64,000 bases of DNA from Candidatus Latescibacterota bacterium (GCA_965242865.1 CBDETK010000013.1:2208001-2272000), one strand, 5' to 3'. Counted from the first letter of the stretch, positions 53,724 to 63,626 are shown. Numbers and translations: made by a program. The notes: a model not told the origin generated them from the sequence alone.

Positions 53724-55168
53724 TCGGCGAGGGCTTGGTGCGCTTGCGCGCCAACGGCGAGCAGGAAGGTGTCGAGCGGAAGAGTGCCCATTCCGCTGGC
53801 ATCGGGGTGGCGGACCGCCGCTTGGGGTGCGACGAGATAGCTGTGTCCGCGGAAGTGCTCGTGCCGTTCCATCAAGGCGCGGAGGCCCGAACGCGAGTGG
53901 TGGGTTGAAGTGCCGATCTCAAAGGCCAGCGGCTGGTGCGGATCCCCCCAAATTAGGTCCACCTCGCGGGTGCTAGCGCGCCAGTGGTGGAGCCGCAGGC
54001 CGGCGTGCATGCTCAAGGTGTGGAGCGACGACGCAACGACGTTTTCGATGAGGGAGCCCATCTCCCCGGGATCGTCGAGCGGGGCGAGGCCGCGTTGCAG
54101 GGCCGCGTTGCGAACCGCCCCATCGACGAAGTACAGCTTGCGGCCCCGACGTTGAATCCCCACCTCGCGTCCAACGTAATTCGGCAGGGTGAAGACGAGA
54201 AAGGCCCGCTCTAGATACGAGAGATAGCGGTCAAAAGTCGGCTGGGACAGGTCGAGATCATTGCTGATGTTCGACGGCGACAGGAGACCGGCAATCTGTC
54301 CGGCCAGCACGTACAAAATGCGCTCCAGCATCATCGGGTTATGGACCCCAAATGACTGGGGGATGTCCTTGTAAATGGTCCGCTCTACGGCGTCGCTACG
54401 GAGAACCCGTTGCGACGCCAGCAGCAGATTCGATTCGTCCGGCTGTTCGTCGCGGTGCTGGCGGACGAGCAGTTCGGGAAAGCCGCCGACGAATAGGAAG
54501 ATGCGACGCCACCGGCCAAGGGCCGCATCGGCTGGCCGACCGGGGGGCAAGGCGCGCAGCGTTTGGCCGAGGGTGCGCTCGACCACGATCTCGGGTTGCG
54601 ACCCTATCAGGTGGAGGAATTCGTCGAACAAGTAGGGCATCAGGTACTGTTCCTCCCAGCGCCCGACTCCGCTTTCGACCCGGCGCTCTTTCAGGGCGGC
54701 GGTAGCACTCGAAGTGGCTGCAATCCGCACCGGCCACCGTTCGTCGTAGAAGGTCTTGAGCCACAGGTCCCAGTCCGCCGCGTACACGAGTTCGTCGAGC
54801 ATTAGGTAGATAGGGCAGTCGGCGGTGGCAGCACTCGCGTTCAATATCTCCCGCACGAGCTCGTCGAGCGGTAACTGAAAGAGGAGCGGGTGATCCATGT
54901 GCAACCACCAGACTCGCTGCGGCTCAACGCGCTTTAGCAGGTGGCGGACGGTCTGATAGAGCACGGTGGTCTTGCCCACCCGACGCGGCCCGAGCACGAG
55001 TTGGTAGCGCAGCGGGTCGTCGCGTAAGAGCCGCTGCCACAGCAACTGCGCTAGCGGGCGCTCCACTGGCGGGGCCAGCGATGGCGGTACGGCCCCTTGG
55101 CTATGCCACGGGTTTTGTTCGGTAAAGACGTGCTCAAAGTCGGAGAAGCGCGGGGTCCAAGCGGCCAC
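53708..55168 (-). CDS. AAA_14/DUF4143-type ATPase
   Basis: QNPW, GPRRVGKT, LMLDE, GGFPE, HTH-like segment, KLYFVD, EVD...EI. Confidence 0.85.
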   Translation of the reverse strand: MAAWTPRFSDFEHVFTEQNPWHSQGAVPPSLAPPVERPLAQLLWQRLLRDDPLRYQLVLGPRRVGKTTVLYQTVRHLLKRVEPQRVWWLHMDHPLLFQLPLDELVREILNASAATADCPIYLMLDELVYAADWDLWLKTFYDERWPVRIAATSSATAALKERRVESGVGRWEEQYLMPYLFDEFLHLIGSQPEIVVERTLGQTLRALPPGRPADAALGRWRRIFLFVGGFPELLVRQHRDEQPDESNLLLASQRVLRSDAVERTIYKDIPQSFGVHNPMMLERILYVLAGQIAGLLSPSNISNDLDLSQPTFDRYLSYLERAFLVFTLPNYVGREVGIQRRGRKLYFVDGAVRNAALQRGLAPLDDPGEMGSLIENVVASSLHTLSMHAGLRLHHWRASTREVDLIWGDPHQPLAFEIGTSTHHSRSGLRALMERHEHFRGHSYLVAPQAAVRHPDASGMGTLPLDTFLLAVGAQAHQALADQLRG

Positions 55169-55195
55169 GTTAAACCTCTTGCGGTGACTACTGTG

Positions 55196-55249
55196 ATGCT
55201 TATTCAGCAAATAACATACATGAGATATATGTTATTTAGTAAATAACAT
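55196..55249. promoter_or_regulatory. Tandem palindromic operator-like sites upstream of the ATPase
   Basis: Perfect ATGTTATTT-N3-AAATAACAT at 55229-55249; degenerate copy at 55196-55217. Confidence 0.55.
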
Positions 55250-55293
55250 TCACCTGTCTCGCTTTCACAAATCCCTGAGCCGGGAGCGATGGG

Positions 55294-56808
55294 CTACAAA
55301 ACGCCTACGCGCTCGCTCTCGGCATCTTCCAACGCGTTCTGAGCGGCCACGAGATTGAGCTGGCTCACTTCCTCGGGCGTCAGTTCCGGCAACCGCTCCA
55401 CCAGCCCCAGAAAACGCTCCACCTCGGCTGGCTCTACGACTCCTTCGGTCAAGGCGGCCAGCTTGCGGATGTAGTCCGGCCGCGCAAAGGGCCGGTTGCC
55501 GAGGGAGTGGGCGTTGGGGTTGTCGAGGCGTTCGGCGAGCTGAGTGCCGTCGGCGAGGCGGACCACGACTTGGGCCCCGAACTTCTTGTGCGCGGGGTCT
55601 GGATGGTGATAGGCTCGAGTCCACTCGGCGACTTCCTCGGTGCGGATCTTGTGCCACAGCGCGACCGTCGAAGGGCGGTGCGCGCGCTCCGAAGTATAGG
55701 AATGCACGTGGTGCCAAGTGCCGTCCTCCCAAGCGACCGCGAGGATGTACATGGCGCTGTGGTCGAGGGTCTCGCGCGAGGCGTCTGGGTCCATTTTCTC
55801 TGGATCGTTGGCTCCCGCGCCAATGACGTAGTGGGTGTGGTGGCTGGTGCGGATCACTACGTCTTCTACTTGGCCCAACTCTATACGGCGAGCGTGGAGC
55901 CGGAAGCCGAGGTCAATTAGGGCTTGGGCTTGGTACTCGGCCGAGTGTTCCTTGGTGTAGGAGCGCAGGATGGCGCGCATCCGCTCGCCGGGAGCGGGCA
56001 GGGGAACGCGGTATTCGGCGTCCGGCCCGGACAGCATCCAAGCGATGACGGCGTCGCGGCCCTCGTAGATGGGCGACGGCGCCCGCTCGCCGAGGCGCGC
56101 CCGGCCCACCGCTTCGATGGCGATCTTGTTGGCTTGGGCTGGGGCGTAGGCTTTCCAAGAGGTGATGTCGCCTTTGCGCGATTGGCGGGTGGCGCAGGCT
56201 AGGTGCAGGCTCTGATTGATGGCTTGGTAGATTTGCGTAGCTGGCATCTGGAGCATAGTCCCCAGCCCGGCGGCCACGGCCGGAGCGAGGTGGGCGACGT
56301 GGTCGATCTTGTGCTCGTGTAGGCAAATGCCCGTCACCAGCGCCATCTGCACCTCATAAGCCGTGAGTATGCCCAAGGTCAGGGCCCGGCCCTCGGCGGC
56401 CGTTTGCTGGGCGGCCGCGAGCAAGCCGGGGATGGTGTCGCCGGGGTGCGAGTAGTCGGCCGCGAGATAGGTGTCGTGCATGTCGAGTTCGCGCACGGCA
56501 ACCCCGTTGGCCAGGGCAGCCCACTCGCAGTGGAAGCTGCGGGCGTTGGCCACGCCAAAGAGGCGACCCCCGCTGTGGCGGGGATGGGGATACCCCAAGG
56601 CGAGGAGGCGGGCGTTGCACACCGACGGGCGGTTGATCGCGGCGAGGGCGACCGCGGCGTTGTCGATGACGCGATTGCCGATCATCTCGGCGACATCCGC
56701 GTCGAACGCTCGATTGTGGGCGGCGAGTTGGGCCAGCTTCCAAGCCAATTGCTCTTCGCGCGGGAGGACCGCTCCCTCGCGGTGGGTTTTGACGCTGTGG
56801 TGTTGCAT
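55294..56808 (-). CDS. prpD: 2-methylcitrate dehydratase (MmgE/PrpD family)
   Basis: AVRELDMHDTYLAADYSHPGD, HKIDHVAH, ETLDHS motifs. Confidence 0.88.
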   Translation of the reverse strand: MQHHSVKTHREGAVLPREEQLAWKLAQLAAHNRAFDADVAEMIGNRVIDNAAVALAAINRPSVCNARLLALGYPHPRHSGGRLFGVANARSFHCEWAALANGVAVRELDMHDTYLAADYSHPGDTIPGLLAAAQQTAAEGRALTLGILTAYEVQMALVTGICLHEHKIDHVAHLAPAVAAGLGTMLQMPATQIYQAINQSLHLACATRQSRKGDITSWKAYAPAQANKIAIEAVGRARLGERAPSPIYEGRDAVIAWMLSGPDAEYRVPLPAPGERMRAILRSYTKEHSAEYQAQALIDLGFRLHARRIELGQVEDVVIRTSHHTHYVIGAGANDPEKMDPDASRETLDHSAMYILAVAWEDGTWHHVHSYTSERAHRPSTVALWHKIRTEEVAEWTRAYHHPDPAHKKFGAQVVVRLADGTQLAERLDNPNAHSLGNRPFARPDYIRKLAALTEGVVEPAEVERFLGLVERLPELTPEEVSQLNLVAAQNALEDAESERVGVL

Positions 56809-56989
56809 GACTTACTTCCGTGAGTGATTAGTGAGGTTGAGAAGGACCATATAATAGGGCCTGTGGCCGCGGACGGACAATTACAAGAAAAGGAGCACGA
56901 TGAATGGACAACGTGCTGATCACGTCGATTAAGCCAACGTCGTTTCCAATCTATGTTTTCGTTCTATCCAGTTGCAGATGGCCTTATCT

Positions 56990-57193
56990 TCAAGCGATAT
57001 TTCCGGCCGAGGTAAATTTAGCGATCCTCATTGTTTGGCCGATCATTTCGTCCATCTGTTCCGACGATAAATCAATGCCATGCACCTCTTTTACCACATC
57101 GTAAAAGAAATCGTCCATCGCGTTTTTTGCGGCATTCTGCGCGTTGCTATCGCGGATAGATTCGGGCACATCGTCGCGTTGTGAATTTGCCAC
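56990..57193 (-). pseudogene. Short ORF, possible C-terminal remnant of a type I restriction HsdR subunit
   Basis: AT-richer patch; NAMDDFFYDVVKEVHGIDLSSEQMDEMI resembles HsdR C-termini from recall, unverified. Confidence 0.3.
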
Positions 57194-57283
57194 TCGCCTA
57201 TCCCTATCTTCGATTAAGTGGACGAATGTTCAGCCCTCCTCTTGGGGCCAAGTAAAAGTGCGCCACGATAGAGGGCAGTAATC

Positions 57284-57997
57284 ATGAAAACCATGCATTT
57301 TGAGGATATCGCCATGAAAGAGCAAAACGAGGACGTGCTGGCCCAAGCCCGGCGCTATCTGTCCGATTTAGTGGCCTTTGAAGGGACTCAATTCACCGCA
57401 CCGGAGTCGGCTGCGGAGCACAACGAGGAGGAACCAATGGTCGGTACTTTAGAAGCCTTTCGCCGCCAGATTTGCGATTGCACCCGCTGTCGGCTGGGCT
57501 CGACGCGACAACAGTTCGTGTTTGGCAGCGGCGATCCAGCGGCCGGCATCCTGTTCATCGGCGAGGCCCCAGGGGCCGAGGAAGACCGCGCCGGCCAGCC
57601 CTTTGTGGGGAAAGCCGGTCAACTGCTGACCAAGATCATCGAAGCCATGGGCCTAGCCCGCGACGAGGTCTATATCTGCAACATACTCAAGTGCCGCCCC
57701 CCGAATAACCGCGACCCCCAGCCCGATGAGATCGAGCAGTGCGAGCCGTATCTCAAGCGGCAGATCGAAATCGTCCAGCCCCGCGTCATCTGCACCTTGG
57801 GCCGGTTTGCCGCGCAAACCCTGCTCCGCAGCCGCGAGCCCATGGGGCGGTTGCGCGGCCAGTCCCACCACTACGAGGGCATCCCCTTGGTGGCCACGTA
57901 TCACCCGGCGGCCCTCTTGCGCAACCCCCAGTGGAAGCGCCCGACTTGGGAGGACATCAAGCGGGTGCGGAAGCTCTACGACGGAGTTGAGTTGTGA
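57284..57997 (+). CDS. Family 4 uracil-DNA glycosylase (4Fe-4S)
   Basis: [32 protein letters not shown]. Confidence 0.92.
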   Translation: MKTMHFEDIAMKEQNEDVLAQARRYLSDLVAFEGTQFTAPESAAEHNEEEPMVGTLEAFRRQICDCTRCRLGSTRQQFVFGSGDPAAGILFIGEAPGAEEDRAGQPFVGKAGQLLTKIIEAMGLARDEVYICNILKCRPPNNRDPQPDEIEQCEPYLKRQIEIVQPRVICTLGRFAAQTLLRSREPMGRLRGQSHHYEGIPLVATYHPAALLRNPQWKRPTWEDIKRVRKLYDGVEL

Positions 57998-58016
57998 AAT
58001 TTTTTGGAGCGGAACC

Positions 58017-59399
58017 ATGACCCAGAGTCCAACACCGGCGCCGGATCTCGGGCGAGTGCCGCCGCAGGCCGTAGAGGTTGAGCAGGCCGTGCTCGGGGCG
58101 ATGATGCTGGAGCAGCGAGCCCTCAGCCGCGCCTTTGAAATCCTCGACAAAAGCTGTTTCTACCACGCCCCGCACAGTCGGATATTTGAGGCCATGAACA
58201 CCCTGTTTGAGCAGGGCACGGCCGTTGATCAGCTCACCCTGACCGAAGAGCTCAAGCGCCGCGGCCAGCTCGACGAGGTCGGCGGGGTCGTCTATCTGGC
58301 TAAGCTGGGGTCTGAGGTGGCTACGGCGGCCAACATTGACTTTCACGCACGCATAGTCTTTGAAAAGGCACTAAGCCGCAAGTTGATCGAAGCCGCCAGC
58401 GAGATCAGCGAGCGGGCGTACGCGGCCGACGAGGACGTCCAGACCCAGCTCGACAAGGCCGAGCAGCAGCTTTTCAGCCTGAGCGAAAACCAAATCGGCG
58501 AGGGCTTTGAGCCGCTGGAAAAGGTGATGGGCGACGCGTTCGAGCACATTGAGCGCATCCACGCCAAGACGGATACGGTCTTGGGCGTGGATACGGGCTT
58601 TGCCAATCTCAACGACCTGACATCGGGCTTTCAGAAGGGCGACCTGATCATTCTCGCGGCGCGGCCCAGCGTGGGCAAGACGGCCCTCGCGCTGACGCTG
58701 GGCCGCAACGCGGCCGTAGAAGCCGAAGTCGGGGTGGCGATTTTCAGTTTGGAAATGTCTAAGATGCAACTGGCCCAGCGCCTGCTCAGCGCGGAGACCA
58801 AGGTCGATTTGCACCGGCTCCGCACCGGCCGGCTGAGCGACGAAGACTGGATGCACCTAACGCGCAATATCGACCGCTTGGCCCAAGCCCCGATTTACAT
58901 CGACGACACGCCGGGGATTTCCGTGCTTGAAGCGCGGGCCAAGGCGCGGCGTCTGCAGCGCGAGTACGGGATTGGCATGGTCGTGATCGACTATCTCCAG
59001 CTCATGAGCGGTCATCTTAGGACCCAAAGCCGCGAGCAGGAGATTTCCCAGATCTCGCGCGGCCTCAAGGCCATGGCGAAAGAATTGGATGTGCCGGTCT
59101 TGGCCTTGTCGCAGTTGTCGCGCGCGGTAGAAAGCCGCACCGACCGGCGGCCACAGCTTTCGGATTTGCGGGAATCGGGCAGCTTGGAGCAAGACGCCGA
59201 TGTGGTGATGTTCATCTATCGCCCGGAAATGTACGGGCTCAAGTCCCCGGATGGCGAGAGCCTCGAAGGCATTGCCCACATCATCGTTGGCAAGCAGCGC
59301 AACGGCCCGGTTGACGAGGTGGAACTGATGTGGAACAAGGACAGTGCCTCGTATGAGATGCTGGCCCCTGAATGGCGGACGGAGCCGGAAGAATATTAG
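58017..59399 (+). CDS. dnaB: Replicative DNA helicase
   Basis: PPQAVEVEQAVLG, AARPSVGKT, FSLEM, IDYLQLM, LSQLSR, DLRESGSLEQDAD, KQRNGP. Confidence 0.97.
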   Translation: MTQSPTPAPDLGRVPPQAVEVEQAVLGAMMLEQRALSRAFEILDKSCFYHAPHSRIFEAMNTLFEQGTAVDQLTLTEELKRRGQLDEVGGVVYLAKLGSEVATAANIDFHARIVFEKALSRKLIEAASEISERAYAADEDVQTQLDKAEQQLFSLSENQIGEGFEPLEKVMGDAFEHIERIHAKTDTVLGVDTGFANLNDLTSGFQKGDLIILAARPSVGKTALALTLGRNAAVEAEVGVAIFSLEMSKMQLAQRLLSAETKVDLHRLRTGRLSDEDWMHLTRNIDRLAQAPIYIDDTPGISVLEARAKARRLQREYGIGMVVIDYLQLMSGHLRTQSREQEISQISRGLKAMAKELDVPVLALSQLSRAVESRTDRRPQLSDLRESGSLEQDADVVMFIYRPEMYGLKSPDGESLEGIAHIIVGKQRNGPVDEVELMWNKDSASYEMLAPEWRTEPEEY

Positions 59400-59405
59400 G
59401 CGGCC

Positions 59406-60401
59406 ATGTTCATCGACGAAGTGACTATCGCAGTGGAGTCGGGCCATGGCGGCCGCGGCTGCTGTTCGTTTCGGCGCGAGAAGTACGTGCCCCGGGGCGG
59501 GCCGGATGGCGGCGACGGCGGCGACGGCGGCGATGTGATCTTTCGCGTCGATGCCCAGCTAAACACGCTGCGCGATTTTCGCTACCAACGCCACCTCCGC
59601 GCCGGCCGCGGGGCCCACGGCGAGGGCAAGGGCAAGACCGGCCGACGCGGCGAGCACGCGATTATCTGTGTGCCGCCAGGCACCATCTTGCGCGACGAAA
59701 AGGGCGCGCTGATCTGCGACATGGTCGAGGACGGGCAAGAGTTGGTGCTGCTGGCCGGTGGGCGCGGGGGCCGCGGCAATGCCCGCTTTGCCACGGCGCG
59801 CATGCAGGCCCCGCGGCGGGCCGACCCCGGGCGAGAAGGGGCGCAAACGGTGGTGCGACTAGAGCTAAAGTTGCTGGCGGATGTAGGGCTGGTGGGCTTT
59901 CCCAACGCGGGCAAATCCACGCTGCTGGCGCGGCTTTCGGCGGCCCGTCCCAAAATTGCCGACTATCCCTTTACGACCTTGGAGCCGAACCTGGGGATTG
60001 TGCAATGGGCCGAGGGCGAGAGCTTTGTGTTGGCCGACTTGCCTGGGCTGATCGAGGGTGCTCACGCGGGCAAGGGCTTGGGGACGCGGTTTTTGCGCCA
60101 CATTGAGCGCACCCGCATCCTGCTGTTTGCCATTGATTGCACCAGCCCGGACCTGCGTGGCGAGCTGGAGGCCCTCCGCCGCGAGTTGGAGTTTTTCGAC
60201 GCTGGGATGCAGCACAAGCCGGCTGGCATCGCCCTGACCAAGGCCGACCTATTAGGGCCGGACGCGGACTTCAAAGACCCATTCGCCGACCTGCGTGCGC
60301 CGCGGTTTTTGGTGTCGGCCGTCAGCGGTCGTGGGGTGCCTGAGATGGTGCGCGACTTGGGACAGGCGGTGAAGAAATTGCGTACCAGCGAAGTGGGGTA
60401 A
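59406..60401 (+). CDS. obgE: GTPase Obg/CgtA
   Basis: MFIDE, Gly-rich GGPDGGDGG, GFPNAGKST, YPFTT, DLPGLI, TKAD. Confidence 0.96.
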   Translation: MFIDEVTIAVESGHGGRGCCSFRREKYVPRGGPDGGDGGDGGDVIFRVDAQLNTLRDFRYQRHLRAGRGAHGEGKGKTGRRGEHAIICVPPGTILRDEKGALICDMVEDGQELVLLAGGRGGRGNARFATARMQAPRRADPGREGAQTVVRLELKLLADVGLVGFPNAGKSTLLARLSAARPKIADYPFTTLEPNLGIVQWAEGESFVLADLPGLIEGAHAGKGLGTRFLRHIERTRILLFAIDCTSPDLRGELEALRRELEFFDAGMQHKPAGIALTKADLLGPDADFKDPFADLRAPRFLVSAVSGRGVPEMVRDLGQAVKKLRTSEVG

Positions 60402-60417
60402 AAATAAACAGCACAAT

Positions 60418-60909
60418 ATGCCAACAGTTTATTTGGAAACGACAATTCCCAGTTACTTAGCTGCGCGGTCGAGCCGCGATATTATTATTGCTGCTCATCA
60501 GCAGATTACACGTAATTGGTGGCGCGATGCTCGCGAGCGTTTCGATGTATACATTTCCGAGGCTGTGTTAGCAGAAATTCGCGTCGGAGATCCAGACGTA
60601 GTCACACGCCGTCTCGCGATCATTGAGGGATTGCCTATCGTAGAGATCAACGATGGAGTGCGAGACCTCGTTCGTATCTACGAACAACGTCTTGGTTTGA
60701 CAGGTCGGGCCCGAGCCGACTTGCCCCATATTGCTTTTGCTGTCGCGTATGCAATGGATTATCTGGTGACGTGGAATTGTGCCCATATTGCTAATGGGGC
60801 AGTCATTCGGCGGCTCGTGGACATTAATTCAGCATTACATCGTCATACGCCAATCATTGTTACACCGGAAGAACTATTTGAACCCGAACCTCCCGGAGGG
60901 GAAACATGA
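60418..60909 (+). CDS. PIN-domain (VapC-like) toxin
   Basis: VYLETTIPSYL, S..V..E, D..HIA.A, DYLVTWNC.HIAN, P.I.TPEEL. Confidence 0.8.
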   Translation: MPTVYLETTIPSYLAARSSRDIIIAAHQQITRNWWRDARERFDVYISEAVLAEIRVGDPDVVTRRLAIIEGLPIVEINDGVRDLVRIYEQRLGLTGRARADLPHIAFAVAYAMDYLVTWNCAHIANGAVIRRLVDINSALHRHTPIIVTPEELFEPEPPGGET

Positions 60910-61739
60910 ACCGCGATCCTATTGTTGAAGAAATTCACCAGACCCGGCAGAAGCTCTTAGAAGAGTGCGGTGGCGATCTCGACCGATTGCTGGACCGTTT
61001 GAAAGCCAGTGAAAAGCGCGATCGAGGTTACAGGGTGTCCACTACATCTCTGCCGACAAAGACTTACGTTATTAAATCGACTGAGTCGGTACTGCGCTCG
61101 CTATTAGGGGTCATACCGTCCATTGGGACGGCATTAAACGAAGCTATTTTTGATCTGCGCGCCCGTCTTAAACAGGAGCGTCTCGAAAGGTTCGTGGAGG
61201 AATTGGCTAGTATCCTTCAGACCCTTGAATCCGACAAGATCGATGTCGCCTATATTCAAAGCGATGAGTTTGTTGATTTCCTAGAAGATGTCCTCATACG
61301 AGCCGCCAAGGTCAGAGCGGAGGAAAAGCGACGAAAACTGGCCGCAGTACTCGCAGGCCGATTGCAGGCCGCTGAAGGTACGTCTTTCGACGATCTCTTT
61401 CTCGATTTATTGATTTCCTTGTCAGACATCCAAGTGCGTATTTTGGTCGAACACCTGCGGGCGGCTGAGAGACGAGAAAATTCAGGGGGAGACGCTGAGC
61501 ACCGCCAGTCGAGTTACTACAAGGTCTCGGAGTCAAAGTACTGTTTTCTGATCCAAGATTTAATGTCAAAGGCACTTCTCTACGCCCCGGTGTTCGGCCG
61601 TGGGAATCTTGGCCCATTTCAGTTCCTAGAAGTAACAGAGCTTGGGCAAGCGTTTATCCGCTTTTTAGAGCATGCCGATTGCGTGCTTGAGGCTGCTGAG
61701 GAACCCGGTCATCCCACCTCTTGCCGAATCGACAAATAA
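60906..61739 (+). CDS. Hypothetical protein: antitoxin-like N-terminus fused to an Abi-alpha/DUF4393-like domain
   Basis: ATGA overlap with the PIN gene; N-terminal DPIVEEI...R......GGDL; IP.IG.AL, EEKR..LA..L, VTELG..FI.F. Confidence 0.5.
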   Translation: MNRDPIVEEIHQTRQKLLEECGGDLDRLLDRLKASEKRDRGYRVSTTSLPTKTYVIKSTESVLRSLLGVIPSIGTALNEAIFDLRARLKQERLERFVEELASILQTLESDKIDVAYIQSDEFVDFLEDVLIRAAKVRAEEKRRKLAAVLAGRLQAAEGTSFDDLFLDLLISLSDIQVRILVEHLRAAERRENSGGDAEHRQSSYYKVSESKYCFLIQDLMSKALLYAPVFGRGNLGPFQFLEVTELGQAFIRFLEHADCVLEAAEEPGHPTSCRIDK

Positions 61740-61748
61740 CTCGGTGCG

Positions 61749-62594
61749 TCAATCCCCAAAGCCGAGGAAGCGTCGGGCGGTCTCGCCCATGATGAGCTTG
61801 CGCTGATCGCTGCTCAGGTCGGGTAGCAGGTGGTCGAGCACCTCGACGCACTCTCCGTAGCCGGGATCGGCTACAATCCAAGGAAAATCCGAAGCCCACA
61901 GCAGGCGGCTGGCCCCAAAGGCCGACAGCAGGCGGCGATGCCAAGCGGCCAAGTCGAGATAGGGATAGGCCGCCTTGCTCATGGCGTATTGACCCGACAG
62001 GTGGACGCAGACGTTGGGCGAATCGGGCGCAGGGCCGAGCAACCCGGTCGGCGGCGGCATCTCCACGTCGATTTGCGGCCGGCCCTTGGCGTCCCAAGTA
62101 AATCGATCCGGGCGCGGGCAGACCATGAGGTGATTGATCACGACGCGCACTTGGGGGAAAGCCGCGAGGAACTGGGGCAGCCGCCGGGCATCGGCTGCGC
62201 GCAGGTAGAGCCAGAGCACGTAGTCTTGGCGGGCGGCGTGTTCCCAGATAGGACGAGAACCGTCGCCGAGCGAGCGGAGCCGGAAGCCGATGATCGAGCC
62301 GTCTTCAGCGAGGCGATCCATCTGGTCGGCGGGCGCGGGCGCGTCGGGCGGTATCAAGCCGATGCCCAAGAAGCGGTCGGGATAGGTGCGGAGGCAGTGT
62401 TGTAAATAGGCGTGGTGCGCGAGGCTGGTGCCGCCGGTTTGCACGAGCACGGCCTTGTCGATGGCGTGGTCGGCCATCTGCGCCAACAGCGCCTCGACAG
62501 GTGCTTCGCGCTCGGCAGGCATGCTCGGGGTGACCGTGCGTGGGAACTCGGCACTGGGGCGGGCGAAGACGTGTAGGTGAGCGTCGATACGCAT
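61749..62594 (-). CDS. Amidohydrolase (Amidohydro_2, sugar-lactonase-like)
   Basis: IDAHLH, AVLVQ, INHL, RLLWASDFPW. Confidence 0.88.
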   Translation of the reverse strand: MRIDAHLHVFARPSAEFPRTVTPSMPAEREAPVEALLAQMADHAIDKAVLVQTGGTSLAHHAYLQHCLRTYPDRFLGIGLIPPDAPAPADQMDRLAEDGSIIGFRLRSLGDGSRPIWEHAARQDYVLWLYLRAADARRLPQFLAAFPQVRVVINHLMVCPRPDRFTWDAKGRPQIDVEMPPPTGLLGPAPDSPNVCVHLSGQYAMSKAAYPYLDLAAWHRRLLSAFGASRLLWASDFPWIVADPGYGECVEVLDHLLPDLSSDQRKLIMGETARRFLGFGD

Positions 62595-62606
62595 AGTGAA
62601 TGTCCC

Positions 62607-62988
62607 TTACGGACGAGGCCCACTTAAAAGCAGCGATTTGATCCGTCCCCACGTTTGCGACTCGACGCTCGTACCCGCAGGGAGCATCGGTTGCCAAGCA
62701 GGAGAATGCCCACCTAAGCCGTTAGTCAATTCGACCCAGTCGTCCCCGTCTATATCAGCGGCCCAAATCTCAAACTGACTTCGCGCCATCCGGGGACCAC
62801 GCCGGGCTAGTGCAATCCCGTCCTTGGGTTAGGTTTACGGGGTTGCTCCCATCCGCCTGCATAATCCACACGTCCTCGTGCCCTTGGCGGTCGGAGATAA
62901 ACGCTATTTTGCCGTCAGCTTGTCCCCAGCCAGCGGCGGCCAACCCCAGCGTAGTCAAGCAGACGATCAGCATGGTTCGATAGTCCAT
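62607..62988 (-). pseudogene. Disrupted TolB/PD40-like secreted protein with TWGxIK tail
   Basis: Signal peptide plus KIAFISDR...PAWSPDG in one frame; EIW...SPAWQP...SVESQTWGRIK in another; far too short for a propeller. Confidence 0.65.
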
Positions 62989-63127
62989 AACATGGCTCCT
63001 TCGTTAGGGAAATGTTCAATTGGGCAGCACCGGCTCGGCTCGACCCCTTTCGTCTGTGCATCCCTACCACGAGTAACCGTCACCTCCTTTCGTCGGCCTC
63101 GGTCTCGCCGTTGCGAATTATAAATAC

Positions 63128-63176
63128 GCAAGTTTCGTGCCAACGAACAGCTTTGAAACAAAAAATCCTTCAGGAT
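63128..63176 (-). promoter_or_regulatory. Sigma54-type promoter with upstream palindrome
   Basis: Minus strand TTGGCACG-AAAC-TTGC (63143-63128); ATCCTTCAGGAT at 63165-63176. Confidence 0.65.
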
Positions 63177-63439
63177 GTCGAGGCAGATTTCTGGAAAAGG
63201 GTACAAACCCAGTTTATATAGATACGACTACAGTCCGAACGTTGGCGAACCAACCAGCAGCCGATTGGCTTGTCAACAGGGCAGTTCGGGTCGTAAGTGC
63301 AGCCAACATATCGATATCCTGATGTACAGCCGGCTTCGGCCTCCTTGCCTCCGAGCAGGACTGCGATCCACGTGAGGGCACTGATGACCCAGCCGAGGGC
63401 CAAACCCTGCCGAGCCGGCACCAACCCGCTTGACGACAT
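63170..63439 (-). CDS. Small secreted Cys-rich peptide
   Basis: GAGGGAG RBS; hydrophobic leader ending AEA; mature part with 6 Cys; alternative start at 63463. Confidence 0.5.
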   Translation of the reverse strand: MSSSGLVPARQGLALGWVISALTWIAVLLGGKEAEAGCTSGYRYVGCTYDPNCPVDKPIGCWLVRQRSDCSRIYINWVCTLFQKSASTS

Positions 63440-63565
63440 GAAAAACTCCCTCAAGTTCTGCATGATTCTCGTCTCCTACGTTGCCCAGTACGCCGGCGGT
63501 CCGATACCGCTGGCACTGGAAGTGAGTGTTGAAAATCAGCCGATACGAGTTCGCATCCCCTCCTT

Positions 63566-63615
63566 TCTTTTGAATCGGCCTAGCTTCTACTCTTTTGAAT
63601 CGGCCTAGCTTCTAC
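63566..63615. repeat. 25-bp perfect tandem duplication
   Basis: TCTTTTGAATCGGCCTAGCTTCTAC x2. Confidence 0.9.
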
Positions 63616-63626
63616 GGATTATATAG

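Noticed and set aside
58017-59399. Intein in DnaB
   Set aside because: Normal length (~460 aa) with uninterrupted motifs
63000-63110. Possible structured RNA leader (two GACGAAAGG copies and a strong SD-like AAGGAGGTGA on the minus strand)
   Set aside because: No match to a riboswitch I can recognise and no covariation evidence available
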